64,000 nucleotides of DNA, taken from contig JAIXWM010000120.1 of assembly GCA_027491255.1 (NCBI GenBank), positions 2,884-66,883 of the forward strand. The letters are read 5' to 3'. Below are positions 38,106 through 47,564 of this stretch, piece after piece. Position numbers and translations under genes: made by a program. The DNA comes from Rubrivivax sp. Lineage in GTDB: Bacteria; Pseudomonadota; Gammaproteobacteria; Burkholderiales; Burkholderiaceae_C. Numbering within the stretch: the first letter of the stretch is position 1; every line of letters begins with the position of its first letter. The notes under the pieces are model-generated. The model worked only from the letters and a program-made list of their open reading frames with translations. It searched no databases and had not been told where the DNA came from.

Positions 38106-38900
38106 ATGAACGAGCCGCAAACCCTGTCGATCACCCGCCGCGCGTCCGGCGTGGCCCAGGTGACCATGTCGCGCCCGGCCGTCTTCAACGCCTTCGACGA
38201 GACCATGATCGCCGAACTGGACGAAGCCTTCACCCGCCTTGCGGCGGATGACGATGTGCGCGTGATCGTGCTGGCCGGCGAGGGCCGGCACTTCAGCGCC
38301 GGGGCCGACCTGCAGTGGATGCAGCGCGCCAGCCGCGCCGACGAGGCCTGGAACCTGCAGGATGCGCGGCGCTTCGCCGCGATGCTGGCGCGCATCGCCG
38401 CCTGCCCCCGGCCGACGGTGGCGCGGGTGCAGGGGGCGGCGCTCGGCGGCGGCGTGGGCCTGACCTGCGCCTGCGACATCGCGATCGCTGCCGAGGGCGC
38501 GAGCTTCTCGGTCAGCGAGGCGAAGTTCGGCATCCTCCCCTCGGTGATCGGTCCGCACCTGGTCAACGCGGTCGGGCGGCGGCAGGCACTGCGCCTGGCG
38601 CTCACCACCGAGCGTATCGGCGCGGCCCAGGCCGAGGCCATCGGCCTTGTCCATCGTGTCGTGCCGCTCGACGGTCTGGACGCTGCGGTCGACAGCGTCG
38701 TGCAGGATCTCCTGGCCGGCGGGCCGAACGCGCAGCGCGAGATCAAGCGCCTGTTCGGCCGGCTCGAGGTCGGGCCGGTGACGCCCGAGGTGCTCGAACT
38801 GACCGCGCGCACGATCAGCCGCGTGCGCGGTACCGACGAGGCCCGAGAGGGCTTCGACGCCTTCCTCTCCAAGCGTCCCGCACCCTGGATTTCCCGATGA
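38106..38900 (+). CDS. Enoyl-CoA hydratase/isomerase (methylglutaconyl-CoA hydratase-like)
   Basis: FSAGADL, GAALGGGVGL, SEAKFGILPSVI, EAREG. Confidence 0.92.
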   Translation: MNEPQTLSITRRASGVAQVTMSRPAVFNAFDETMIAELDEAFTRLAADDDVRVIVLAGEGRHFSAGADLQWMQRASRADEAWNLQDARRFAAMLARIAACPRPTVARVQGAALGGGVGLTCACDIAIAAEGASFSVSEAKFGILPSVIGPHLVNAVGRRQALRLALTTERIGAAQAEAIGLVHRVVPLDGLDAAVDSVVQDLLAGGPNAQREIKRLFGRLEVGPVTPEVLELTARTISRVRGTDEAREGFDAFLSKRPAPWISR

Positions 38901-40453
38901 CGACATCTTCTCTGCCTCGTCTTCAAGGCGCGCCGGTCCTCGTGGTCGGCGCAGGCATCATGGGCGCGGGCATCGCGCAGGTCGCGGCCCAGGCGGGCCA
39001 TCCCGTGTGGCTGTTCGACATGCGCGAAGGCGCCGCCGCCGCAGCCTGTGAGCAGATCGGCAAGACCCTGGCTGGCCTCGAGGCCAAGGGCCGGATCGCT
39101 GCCGGGCAGGCGCAGGCCGCGCAGGCGCGTCTGCAACCCTTGGCAGCGCTGGAGCAGGCGCGCGGCGCTGCGCTGGCCATCGAGGCCATCGTCGAGAACC
39201 TCGACGCCAAGCGCGCGCTGTTTCGCCAACTCGAGGGCCTGCTCGACCCGCAGGCCGTGCTCGCCACCAACACGTCGTCGATCAGCGTCACCGCCATCGC
39301 CCGTGGCCTGCAGGCGCCGCAGCGCCTGGTGGGCATGCACTTCTTCAATCCGGTGCCGCTGATGAAGCTGGTCGAGGTCGTCTCGGGCCTGCAGACCGAC
39401 GTGGCCGTGGCCGAGGCCATCTTCGATCTGTCCAGGACCTGGGGCAAGGTGCCGGTGCATGCGAAGTCCACGCCAGGCTTCATCGTCAACCGCATCGCCC
39501 GTCCCTACTACGCCGAGACCCTCGCGCTGCTGCTGGAGCAGGCCGCGCCGCCGCAGGTGCTGGACGCCTGCCTGCGCGCAGCGGGCTTTCGCATGGGGCC
39601 GTGCGAGCTGATGGACCTGATCGGCCACGACACGAACTACGCGGTCACGAACTCGGTCTACGAGGCCAACTTCTTCGACAAGCGCTTCGTGCCCTCACTG
39701 GTGCAGCGCGAGATGGTCGACGGCGGGATGCTCGGGCGCAAGAGCGGACAGGGCTTCTTCCGCTACCCGCAGGGCGCGCCGGCCGTGGTGGCGTCGCCGA
39801 CAGCGAGCATCGCGGGCGCTCGCGCCGTGGCGGTGTACGGCGACGGACCGGTTGCCGAGGCGCTGGCCGCCGCGGCAGCGGCGGCGTGCGCGGGGCAAGG
39901 CGCTGCGTTCCAGCGCGTGGTGGACAGCGCCTGGACGGGCCTGGACGTGGACGGCGCCCGGCTCGTGCTGAGCGACGGCCGCTGCGCCGCGCAACTGGCC
40001 GCCGCGCAGGGGGTTGCCGACCTGGCCGTGTTCGACCGGCCGGTCGTGCAGCCCATGCCGCCCGGCATGGCACTGGCCTGGGCACCCGCGCCGCAGGCCT
40101 CGCCGCGCTGGCGCGAGCAGGCCGCGGCCTGGCTTGCGGCATTGGGGTTCCTGCCGCTGGAGGTGGCGGACACGCCCGGCCTGGTCGTCGCGCGCACGCT
40201 TGCGATGCTGGTCAACGAAGCCGCCGATGCGGTGCTGCAGGGCGTGTGCACCGTCGAGGGTGCGGACGCGGCGATGAAGCTCGGCGTCAACTACCCCGCC
40301 GGCCCGTTCGAGTGGTTGCAGGCCTGGGGCGTGGAGCGGGTCGTTGCCGTGCTCGAGGCGCTGGATGCGTACTGCTGCGGCGAGCGCTACCGTGTGAGCC
40401 CCTGGCTGCGGCGCCACGCGGCGGCCACGACATCGGGCATCGCGCCGAAATGA
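38897..40453 (+). CDS. paaH: 3-hydroxyacyl-CoA dehydrogenase (PaaH-like)
   Basis: VGAGIMGAGIAQVAAQAGH, ATNTSSIS, GMHFFNP, PGFIVNR, MKLGVNYPAGP. Confidence 0.88.
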   Translation: MTTSSLPRLQGAPVLVVGAGIMGAGIAQVAAQAGHPVWLFDMREGAAAAACEQIGKTLAGLEAKGRIAAGQAQAAQARLQPLAALEQARGAALAIEAIVENLDAKRALFRQLEGLLDPQAVLATNTSSISVTAIARGLQAPQRLVGMHFFNPVPLMKLVEVVSGLQTDVAVAEAIFDLSRTWGKVPVHAKSTPGFIVNRIARPYYAETLALLLEQAAPPQVLDACLRAAGFRMGPCELMDLIGHDTNYAVTNSVYEANFFDKRFVPSLVQREMVDGGMLGRKSGQGFFRYPQGAPAVVASPTASIAGARAVAVYGDGPVAEALAAAAAAACAGQGAAFQRVVDSAWTGLDVDGARLVLSDGRCAAQLAAAQGVADLAVFDRPVVQPMPPGMALAWAPAPQASPRWREQAAAWLAALGFLPLEVADTPGLVVARTLAMLVNEAADAVLQGVCTVEGADAAMKLGVNYPAGPFEWLQAWGVERVVAVLEALDAYCCGERYRVSPWLRRHAAATTSGIAPK

Positions 40454-40914
40454 AGTTCGCAGACTTCCACGCTGGCCAGGTGATCGAGGCCGGGCCCTAT
40501 GCCGTCACCGAGGACGAGGTGCTGGCCTTCGCGCGCCAGTACGACCCGCAGTGGTTCCACACCGACCCGCAGGCGGCGGCGCAGGGTCGCTTCGCGGGCC
40601 TGATCGCCAGCGGTTGGCACACCTGCGCCATCGGCATGCGGCTGATGACCGACGCCGTGCTGCAGGGTTCGGAGTCCTTCGCCTCGCCGGGGCTGGGCTA
40701 CGTGAAGTGGCTGCATCCGGTTCGCCCGGGCGACGCGCTGACCGTGCGTGCCACCGTGCTCGAGGTGCGCTGCGCCGCGAGCAAGCCCACGCTGGGCATC
40801 GTGCGCTGGCGCTGGCGCATGCACAACCAGGCCGGCGTCGAGGTGCTGGACCTCGAGGCCACGAGCCTGTTCGACCTCTCCCGTCCCGCCCCCTCCCAGG
40901 AGCCCCGCCCATGA
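40450..40914 (+). CDS. MaoC family dehydratase
   Basis: FARQYDPQWFHTD, GLIASGWHT, PVRPGD. Confidence 0.92.
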   Translation: MKFADFHAGQVIEAGPYAVTEDEVLAFARQYDPQWFHTDPQAAAQGRFAGLIASGWHTCAIGMRLMTDAVLQGSESFASPGLGYVKWLHPVRPGDALTVRATVLEVRCAASKPTLGIVRWRWRMHNQAGVEVLDLEATSLFDLSRPAPSQEPRP

Positions 40915-42113
40915 CCCACGCCTACATCTGCGACGCCCAGCGCACCCCGTTCGGCCGCTACGGTGGCGCGCTTTCCTCCGTCCGCACCGATGATCTCGCG
41001 GCGATTCCGCTGAAGGCGCTGATGGCGCGCAACCCGCAGGTCGACTGGTCCGCGGTGACCGACGTCATCTTCGGCTGCGCCAACCAGGCCGGTGAGGACA
41101 ACCGCAACGTGGCCCACATGGCCACGCTGCTGGCCGGCCTGCCGGTGGACGTGCCCGGGGCGACGATCAACCGCCTGTGCGGCTCGGGCCTGGACGCGGT
41201 GGGCACGGCCGCGCGCGCCATCAGGGCCGGCGAGGCGCAGCTGATGATCGCCGGCGGCGTCGAGAGCATGAGCCGCGCGCCCTTCGTCATGCCCAAGGCC
41301 GACAGCGCCTTCAGCCGCGCCAACGCCGTCTACGACACCACCATCGGCTGGCGCTTCGTCAACGCCTTGATGAAGGCGAAGTACGGCGTGGACTCGATGC
41401 CGGAGACGGCCGAGAACGTCGCCGTCGACTTCGGGATCGGGCGCGAGGCCCAGGACCGCATGGCGCTGGCCTCGCAGCTGAAGGCGGTGGCGGCGCAGAA
41501 GGCGGGCTTCTTCGATGCCGAGATCACGCCGGTGACGATTGCGCAGAAGAAGGGCGAAGCCGTCGTCGTGACCCGGGACGAGCACCCGCGCGAGACCTCG
41601 CTCGAGGCCCTGGCGAAGCTGAAGGGAGTGGTGCGCCCCGACGGCACGGTGACGGCCGGCAACGCCAGCGGCGTCAACGACGGCGCCTGCGCCCTGCTGC
41701 TGGCTGGCGAGGCGGCAGCCGCGCGTCATGGACTCACGCCACGGGCCCGCGTGGTCGGCATGGCCACGGCCGGCGTGCCGCCGCGCATCATGGGCATCGG
41801 CCCCGCACCGGCCACGCGCAAGGTGCTCGAGCTCACCGGTCTGACGCTCGCGCAGATGGACGTGATCGAGCTCAACGAGGCCTTCGCGGCCCAGGGGCTG
41901 GCGGTGCTGCGCGACCTCGGCCTGGCCGACGACGACGCGCGCGTCAACCCCAACGGCGGCGCGATCGCGCTCGGCCACCCGCTGGGCGCCAGCGGCGCCC
42001 GTCTTGCCACCACCGCGGTCAATCAGCTGCACCGCAGCGGCGGGCGCTACGCGCTGTGCACCATGTGCATCGGGGTGGGGCAGGGCATCGCGCTGGTGCT
42101 CGAGCGGGTCTGA
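40911..42113 (+). CDS. pcaF: 3-oxoadipyl-CoA thiolase (PcaF/PaaJ-type)
   Basis: [44 protein letters not shown]. Confidence 0.92.
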   Translation: MTHAYICDAQRTPFGRYGGALSSVRTDDLAAIPLKALMARNPQVDWSAVTDVIFGCANQAGEDNRNVAHMATLLAGLPVDVPGATINRLCGSGLDAVGTAARAIRAGEAQLMIAGGVESMSRAPFVMPKADSAFSRANAVYDTTIGWRFVNALMKAKYGVDSMPETAENVAVDFGIGREAQDRMALASQLKAVAAQKAGFFDAEITPVTIAQKKGEAVVVTRDEHPRETSLEALAKLKGVVRPDGTVTAGNASGVNDGACALLLAGEAAAARHGLTPRARVVGMATAGVPPRIMGIGPAPATRKVLELTGLTLAQMDVIELNEAFAAQGLAVLRDLGLADDDARVNPNGGAIALGHPLGASGARLATTAVNQLHRSGGRYALCTMCIGVGQGIALVLERV

Positions 42114-42167
42114 AGAGCCCAGGGGCGGCCTCGCCCCCGCCTGGCCCGGGCGTGGGGCTGGGCGGGG

Positions 42168-43439
42168 CTACAGGCCGAACCGCGCCGGCGCGTAGTGCGT
42201 GGGCTCGATCTTCGGTTCGTTGCCGGTCATCAGGTCTGCGAGCAGGCAGCCCGAGCCGGTGGCCTGGGTCCAGCCGAGGTGTCCGTGGCCCGTGTTCAGG
42301 TACAAGCCGGGCACGCGGGTCGGCCCGATCAGCGGCACACCGTCAGGCACCATCGGGCGCAGCCCCGTCCAGGGCGTCATCGCCGACTCGGGCGTGTTGC
42401 GCAGCACCTCGGGGTAGATGCGCGCGAGCAGGCGCTTCAGGTTGGCGATGCGTGCCGGGTTCAGGCTCAGGTCGTGGCCGGTGAATTCCGCCGTGCCGGC
42501 GATGCGCAGCCGGTCCTCGCCCACCGGCACCACGGCCACGTGCAGCGTGGCGTCGCCGAGCGCGATGCGCGGCAGCGGCGTGGCCGGTGGCGGCTTCAGC
42601 GTCAGCGAGTAGCCCTTGGCCGGGCGCACCGGCAGGCGCAGCCCGAGCGGCTGCGCCAGCGCGGGGCTGTGACTGGCGGCCGCCAGGACGAGGGCGTCGC
42701 AGTCATGGGAGCGGCCCTGGCCATCGACGAGCCCCGTCACGCAACCCTTGCGCCAGCGCAGCTCACGCACGTCACAGCCGAAGTGCAGCGCCACGCCAGC
42801 TTGCTCGAGCAGTTCAGCCAGACCGAGGCAGAAGCGGTAGGCGTCGCCGCGCTCGTCTTCGGGGTTGAACAGGGCGCCGGCCAGGTCTCCCGCCACCGGG
42901 GCGAGCGCCGGTTCGAGCGCGACTGCCTGCTCGACCGACCAGCGCTCGAAGCGCCGCCCCGCGGGCGCGAGCGCCCGGGCCCAAGCTTCCGCAGTCTGCA
43001 GCGACGCAGGGTCGCGCAGCAGCATGAGCGAGCCGGTGGCGTGGTGGCTGTAGTCGATGCCCGCCGCGCGCAGCGCCGGCATCTGCGCCACGCTGTAGCG
43101 CGCGAGCGCGAGATTGGCCAGGGTGTTGGCGAGGTAGCGCGCGCGCGCCGACTCGCGCACGAAGCGAAGGCCCCAGCCCAGCAGCGAGGGCAGCGCGCGC
43201 GGGCGCAGCAGCGCCGTTGCGTCTTCGTTGCCCAGGTTGCGCAGCAACTCCCCGAACACGCCCGGGGAATTCCAGGGCTCGACCATGCTCGGGTGCAGCA
43301 GGGCGCCGTTGGCATGGCTGGTCTCGAGCCCCGGTCCCTCGCGCCGCTCGAAGACGCTGATCTCCGACACGCCGCGCTCGCGCAGCGCGTAAGCAGCCGA
43401 CAGGCCCGCCAGGCCGGCGCCAACGATGGCGACTTTCAT
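42168..43439 (-). CDS. D-amino acid dehydrogenase-like FAD oxidoreductase (DadA family)
   Basis: VGAGLAG, ETSHANG, PAKGYS, GTAEF, WTGLRP, NTGHGHLGWT. Confidence 0.9.
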   Translation of the reverse strand: MKVAIVGAGLAGLSAAYALRERGVSEISVFERREGPGLETSHANGALLHPSMVEPWNSPGVFGELLRNLGNEDATALLRPRALPSLLGWGLRFVRESARARYLANTLANLALARYSVAQMPALRAAGIDYSHHATGSLMLLRDPASLQTAEAWARALAPAGRRFERWSVEQAVALEPALAPVAGDLAGALFNPEDERGDAYRFCLGLAELLEQAGVALHFGCDVRELRWRKGCVTGLVDGQGRSHDCDALVLAAASHSPALAQPLGLRLPVRPAKGYSLTLKPPPATPLPRIALGDATLHVAVVPVGEDRLRIAGTAEFTGHDLSLNPARIANLKRLLARIYPEVLRNTPESAMTPWTGLRPMVPDGVPLIGPTRVPGLYLNTGHGHLGWTQATGSGCLLADLMTGNEPKIEPTHYAPARFGL

Positions 43440-43570
43440 CGTTCGGATTCCTTTGCGCGGATTCCCCGCTCCGGGGCCGGATGCTACAGACCCTGGAGGC
43501 CTGCGCCCTTGCATCCCGGCAGAATGTAAAGGTCCGCGCGCACCCGTGGCGGCGCCTTCCGACCCTGGCG

Positions 43571-44134
43571 ATGAGCAAGGCCTTCACCCGCGAGAACGAT
43601 GCCGCACCGGCCGACGACGACGAGGATCCGTCGCTGCCGCCGCTGCCGGCCGGCACGCGCAACTACATGACCCCGTCCGGCTGGCGGCGCTTGCGCGAGG
43701 AACTGGGCACGCTGCTCGACGTCGAGCGCCCCAAGGTTGTCGAGACCGTGTCCTGGGCGGCGAAGAACGGCGACCGTTCGGAGAACGGCGACTACCTCTA
43801 CGGCAAGAAGCGCCTGCGCGAGATCGACCGCCGCATCCGCTTCCTCACGCGCCGCCTCGAGCAGGCCGAGGTGGCAGACCCCTCGGCGCACCACGGCAGC
43901 GACCAGATCTTTTTCGGCGCGACGGTGACCTACGCCAACGCCCGTGGCGAGGAGCGCACGGTCACGATCAAGGGCATCGACGAGGCCGACAGCCTGGCCG
44001 GCGACGTGAGCTGGATCTCGCCGATCGCCCGCGCGCTGCTCAAGGCGCGCGAGGGAGACGAGGTGCGGCTGCTGACCCCAGGGGGCATGGAGACGATCGA
44101 AGTTCTGCAGGTCCGCTACCCGGCTCCCGGGTGA
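43571..44134 (+). CDS. greB: Transcription elongation factor GreB
   Basis: MSKAFTRE, NYMTP, WAAKNGDRSENGDY, RLREIDRRIRFL, ISPIARALLK. Confidence 0.97.
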   Translation: MSKAFTRENDAAPADDDEDPSLPPLPAGTRNYMTPSGWRRLREELGTLLDVERPKVVETVSWAAKNGDRSENGDYLYGKKRLREIDRRIRFLTRRLEQAEVADPSAHHGSDQIFFGATVTYANARGEERTVTIKGIDEADSLAGDVSWISPIARALLKAREGDEVRLLTPGGMETIEVLQVRYPAPG

Positions 44135-44208
44135 ACCGCTCCAGGGCCGTGGTCTGCGCGGGCGGGGTCCCGGGCAGTCCGAGCGGCCGTCGCGGCGGGA
44201 AGTTTCGA

Positions 44209-46482
44209 TCAGGGCTTGACGCGCCAGACCTTCACCACCGGCTGGGCGCGGCGCAGCGCGCGCATCACTTCGGCCAGGTGCACGCGGTCGCGCACGGCCA
44301 CCAGCAGACGCAGCTCGGCGACCTCGTTGCCGCCTTCATGCCCCATGTCGATGCGCGTGATGTCGGCCTCGGCATTGCTGATGGCCGAGGCCACCTGCGC
44401 GAGGGCCCCCTTGGCGTTGTCGACCTCGATGACGAGCGCGGTCTCGAAGGCGCGCACAGGCTCCTCGGCCCACTCGACGTGCATCCAGCGCTCGCTGTCG
44501 CGCTCGTACAGGCGGCGCCCGGTGCGGCAGTCGGCGGTGTGGACGAGCAAGCCTTCTCCCTTGCCGAGGTAGCCGGTGATCGCGTCGCCCGGGATCGGCC
44601 GGCAGCAACTCGCCAGGCGCACCGTGCTGTCCTGGCTGCCGTCGATGAAGACCACGCCCTGCTTGTGCGCCGCGTCGTCGGCGGCGTAGTGACCGAGCGT
44701 CAGCGTCACGGCATCGGGGCGGGCGCCGCGCTCGGCCATCATCTGCGCCAGGCGCTTGGCCACGATGACGGCGATCTTGCGCCCCAGGCCGATATCCACC
44801 AGCAACTCGTCGCGATGGCGCACGCCGGCCCACCGTGACAGCTGTTGCCACAGCGTCGCAGCCTCCTCGTCGTGCGGGTCGTCGGAGGGCGGCCGCAGGC
44901 CCTCGGCCCGCAGCGCCTGCGCGAGCATCTTTTCGCCCAGCGCAAGAGACTCCTCCTGCTCCATCGTCTTCAGGTAATGCCGGATCTTGGCCCGGGCGCG
45001 ACCGGTGCGCACGTGGTTCAGCCACGCCGGGTTGGGGCGCGCGCCCGGCGCGGTGATGATCTCCACCACGTCGCCGCTGCGCAACTCGGCGCGCAGCAGC
45101 ACCGCCTCGCCGTTGACCTTGGCGGCCACGCAGTGGTCGCCGATGTCGGAGTGGATGGCGTAGGCAAAGTCCACCGGTGTCGCCCCGCGCGGCAGCGCCA
45201 GGATCTTGCTGCGGGGAGTGAAGACGTAGACCGCGTCGGGGAACAGGTCGACCTTGACGTGTTCCAGGAACTCTGCCGAGTCGCGCGTGTCGTCCTGGAT
45301 GTCGACCAGCGACTGCAGCCAGGTCGCGCCCAGGGTCTGCGCATCCCGGCCCGGCGCTTGACCCCCGGGCGCGAGCTTGTACATCCAGTGCGCGGCGATG
45401 CCGTTCTCGGCCACCGCGTGCATGGCCTCGGTGCGGATCTGGATCTCCACCGGCGTTCCCAGCGGACTCACCAGCGTGGTGTGCAGGCTCTGGTAGCCGT
45501 TGGCCTTGGGAATGGCGATGTAGTCCTTGAAGCGGCCCGGCACCGGCTTGTACATCTGGTGCAGCACGCCCAAGGCCAGGTAGCAGTCCGGCAGCGTGGG
45601 CACCGTGATGCGGAATCCGAAGATGTCGTTGACCTGGGTGAAGCCCAGGTGCTTCTCGCGCATCTTGCGGTAGATGGAATAGACCGTCTTCTCGCGCCCG
45701 GCGATCGAGATGCGCATCCGCGCGGTCCCGAAGGCGTGCTCGACGTCGACGCGCACGCGCTCGACGATGTCCCGGCGGTGGCCGCGCGCGCGCTGCAGCG
45801 CGCGCTCCAGCGCTGCGTGGCGCCACGGGTGCAGGAGCTTGAACGACAGTGCCTGCAGTTCCCGGAAGGTCTGGTTCAGGCCGAGGCGGTGCGCGATCGG
45901 GGCGTAGATGTCGAGCGTCTCCGCGGCGATGCGCTGGCGTCTGGCGGGCGCCATGGCCTCCATCGTGCGCATGTTGTGCAGGCGGTCGGCCAGCTTGATC
46001 AGGATGACGCGCACGTCGCGCGACATCGCCATCAGCATCTTGCGGAAGGACTCTGCCTGGCTCTCCTCGCGCGTGTTGAAGTGCAGCCGGTCGAGCTTGG
46101 TCAGCCCGTCCACCAGTTCGGCTGCGGGCGCGCCGAAGCGCTGGATCAGCTCCGGCTTGGTGACGCCGCAGTCCTCCATCGCGTCGTGCATCAGCGCGGC
46201 CATGATGGCCTGCGCGTCCAGCCGCCATTGCGCGCACAGCCCGGCCACGGCCACCGGGTGCGTGATGTAGGGCTCGCCGCTGGCGCGGTATTGGCCCAGG
46301 TGCGCCTCGTCAGCGAACTTGTAGGCCTCGCGGACCTGCTTCAGGTCGGCCTTGGAGAGGTAGTGCAGGCGCTCGGTGAGCGCAGCGAAGGTGGCTGGAG
46401 CCTCAGCGTGCTCGTCCGCGCGCGTCGGCGCGGCGCGCATGGCCTGAGGCAGCAGATCGGCGGCGAAGGAGCGCAATCCCAT
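44209..46482 (-). CDS. spoT: Bifunctional (p)ppGpp synthetase/hydrolase
   Basis: HD hydrolase motifs (YITHP, HDAMED, KLADRLHN), synthetase RFKDY/NGYQSLHT/EIQIRT, TGS (VFTP, TPVDFAY), C-terminal ACT. Confidence 0.97.
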   Translation of the reverse strand: MGLRSFAADLLPQAMRAAPTRADEHAEAPATFAALTERLHYLSKADLKQVREAYKFADEAHLGQYRASGEPYITHPVAVAGLCAQWRLDAQAIMAALMHDAMEDCGVTKPELIQRFGAPAAELVDGLTKLDRLHFNTREESQAESFRKMLMAMSRDVRVILIKLADRLHNMRTMEAMAPARRQRIAAETLDIYAPIAHRLGLNQTFRELQALSFKLLHPWRHAALERALQRARGHRRDIVERVRVDVEHAFGTARMRISIAGREKTVYSIYRKMREKHLGFTQVNDIFGFRITVPTLPDCYLALGVLHQMYKPVPGRFKDYIAIPKANGYQSLHTTLVSPLGTPVEIQIRTEAMHAVAENGIAAHWMYKLAPGGQAPGRDAQTLGATWLQSLVDIQDDTRDSAEFLEHVKVDLFPDAVYVFTPRSKILALPRGATPVDFAYAIHSDIGDHCVAAKVNGEAVLLRAELRSGDVVEIITAPGARPNPAWLNHVRTGRARAKIRHYLKTMEQEESLALGEKMLAQALRAEGLRPPSDDPHDEEAATLWQQLSRWAGVRHRDELLVDIGLGRKIAVIVAKRLAQMMAERGARPDAVTLTLGHYAADDAAHKQGVVFIDGSQDSTVRLASCCRPIPGDAITGYLGKGEGLLVHTADCRTGRRLYERDSERWMHVEWAEEPVRAFETALVIEVDNAKGALAQVASAISNAEADITRIDMGHEGGNEVAELRLLVAVRDRVHLAEVMRALRRAQPVVKVWRVKP

Positions 46483-46563
46483 GCCCCGAATCTACCGCAC
46501 GGGCCGGCAAAGCAAACGGGCTCCACCAGGGAGCCCGTCGTGCTGGGGGCATTGCCCGCTCGG

Positions 46564-46767
46564 TCAGACCGGTACCTTGCGCAGCATCTCCACGCCGATC
46601 TCTCCGGCGGCGATCTCACGCAGCGCGGTCACGCTGGGCTTGTTCTTGGACTCGATCTTGGGCGTGTGCCCCTGGCTCAGCATGCGCGCGCGGTACGTGG
46701 CGGCCAGCACGAGCTGGAAGCGGTTGGGGATCTTCTCGAGGCAATCTTCGACGGTGATGCGGGCCAT
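46564..46767 (-). CDS. rpoZ: RNA polymerase omega subunit
   Basis: [30 protein letters not shown]. Confidence 0.98.
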   Translation of the reverse strand: MARITVEDCLEKIPNRFQLVLAATYRARMLSQGHTPKIESKNKPSVTALREIAAGEIGVEMLRKVPV

Positions 46768-46792
46768 GGTCAGGGGATCCTCGAGGCGGTGG

Positions 46793-47422
46793 TCAGAGAA
46801 GGTCGAGTGCCGCGAACACCTGCGATCGATTCCGGATCTGGGTGACGTAGCGCAGACGCTGCGAATGGACGACGGCTTTGAGATCGAAAAGCGCCGTGTC
46901 GAATAAGCTGTTGATTATAACGAAGTCGAAGTGGCGGGCTTGCGCGACTTCGATGCGCGCGTTGGACATGCGCGTCTCGATCACCTCGGGCCCGTCCTCG
47001 CCGCGGCGCATCAGGCGCTGGCGCAATTCCTGCCAGCTTGGCGGCAGGATGAAGATGAGCACGGCGTGCGGGAACAGGCGCTTGATCTGCAGCGCGCCCT
47101 GCCAGTCGATCTCGAGCACCACGTCCTCGCCGCGCTGCAGGCGCGCCTCGATTGCGCGGCGGGAGGTGCCATAGAGGTTGCCGTGCACCTGCGCCCATTC
47201 GAAGAACTCGCCGCGCTCGATCATGGCTCGGAAGGTGGGCTCGTCGGTGAACCAGTACTCGCGCCCGTCCTGTTCCTGACCGCGGGGCTTGCGCGTGGTG
47301 TGGGACACCGAGACCGCCAGACGCGCATCAAGTTCGAGCAGCGCCTTGACCAGGCTGGACTTGCCGGCCCCGCTCGGGGCGGCGACGCAGAACAGGTTAC
47401 CGGGGGTTTCCGTGCCGTTCAT
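46793..47422 (-). CDS. gmk: Guanylate kinase
   Basis: [40 protein letters not shown]. Confidence 0.98.
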   Translation of the reverse strand: MNGTETPGNLFCVAAPSGAGKSSLVKALLELDARLAVSVSHTTRKPRGQEQDGREYWFTDEPTFRAMIERGEFFEWAQVHGNLYGTSRRAIEARLQRGEDVVLEIDWQGALQIKRLFPHAVLIFILPPSWQELRQRLMRRGEDGPEVIETRMSNARIEVAQARHFDFVIINSLFDTALFDLKAVVHSQRLRYVTQIRNRSQVFAALDLL

Positions 47423-47564
47423 GGCCCTTTTCCGAGGCTTGCGACCCGGGCGTGTGATGCAGAGTGCAGTCTAGCTGCGTCAGGCCCGCCAGCGTTTGGT
47501 CCGCGGGCCGGATCGGTGTCGGCAGGACGGCGCTACAGATTGGCGCGCTCGTGCCGAAAAACGA

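Noticed and set aside
44135-44208. tRNA between greB and spoT (tRNA-sized gap)
   Set aside because: No T-loop GTTCRA within a cloverleaf and no acceptor stem; ordinary convergent intergenic DNA.
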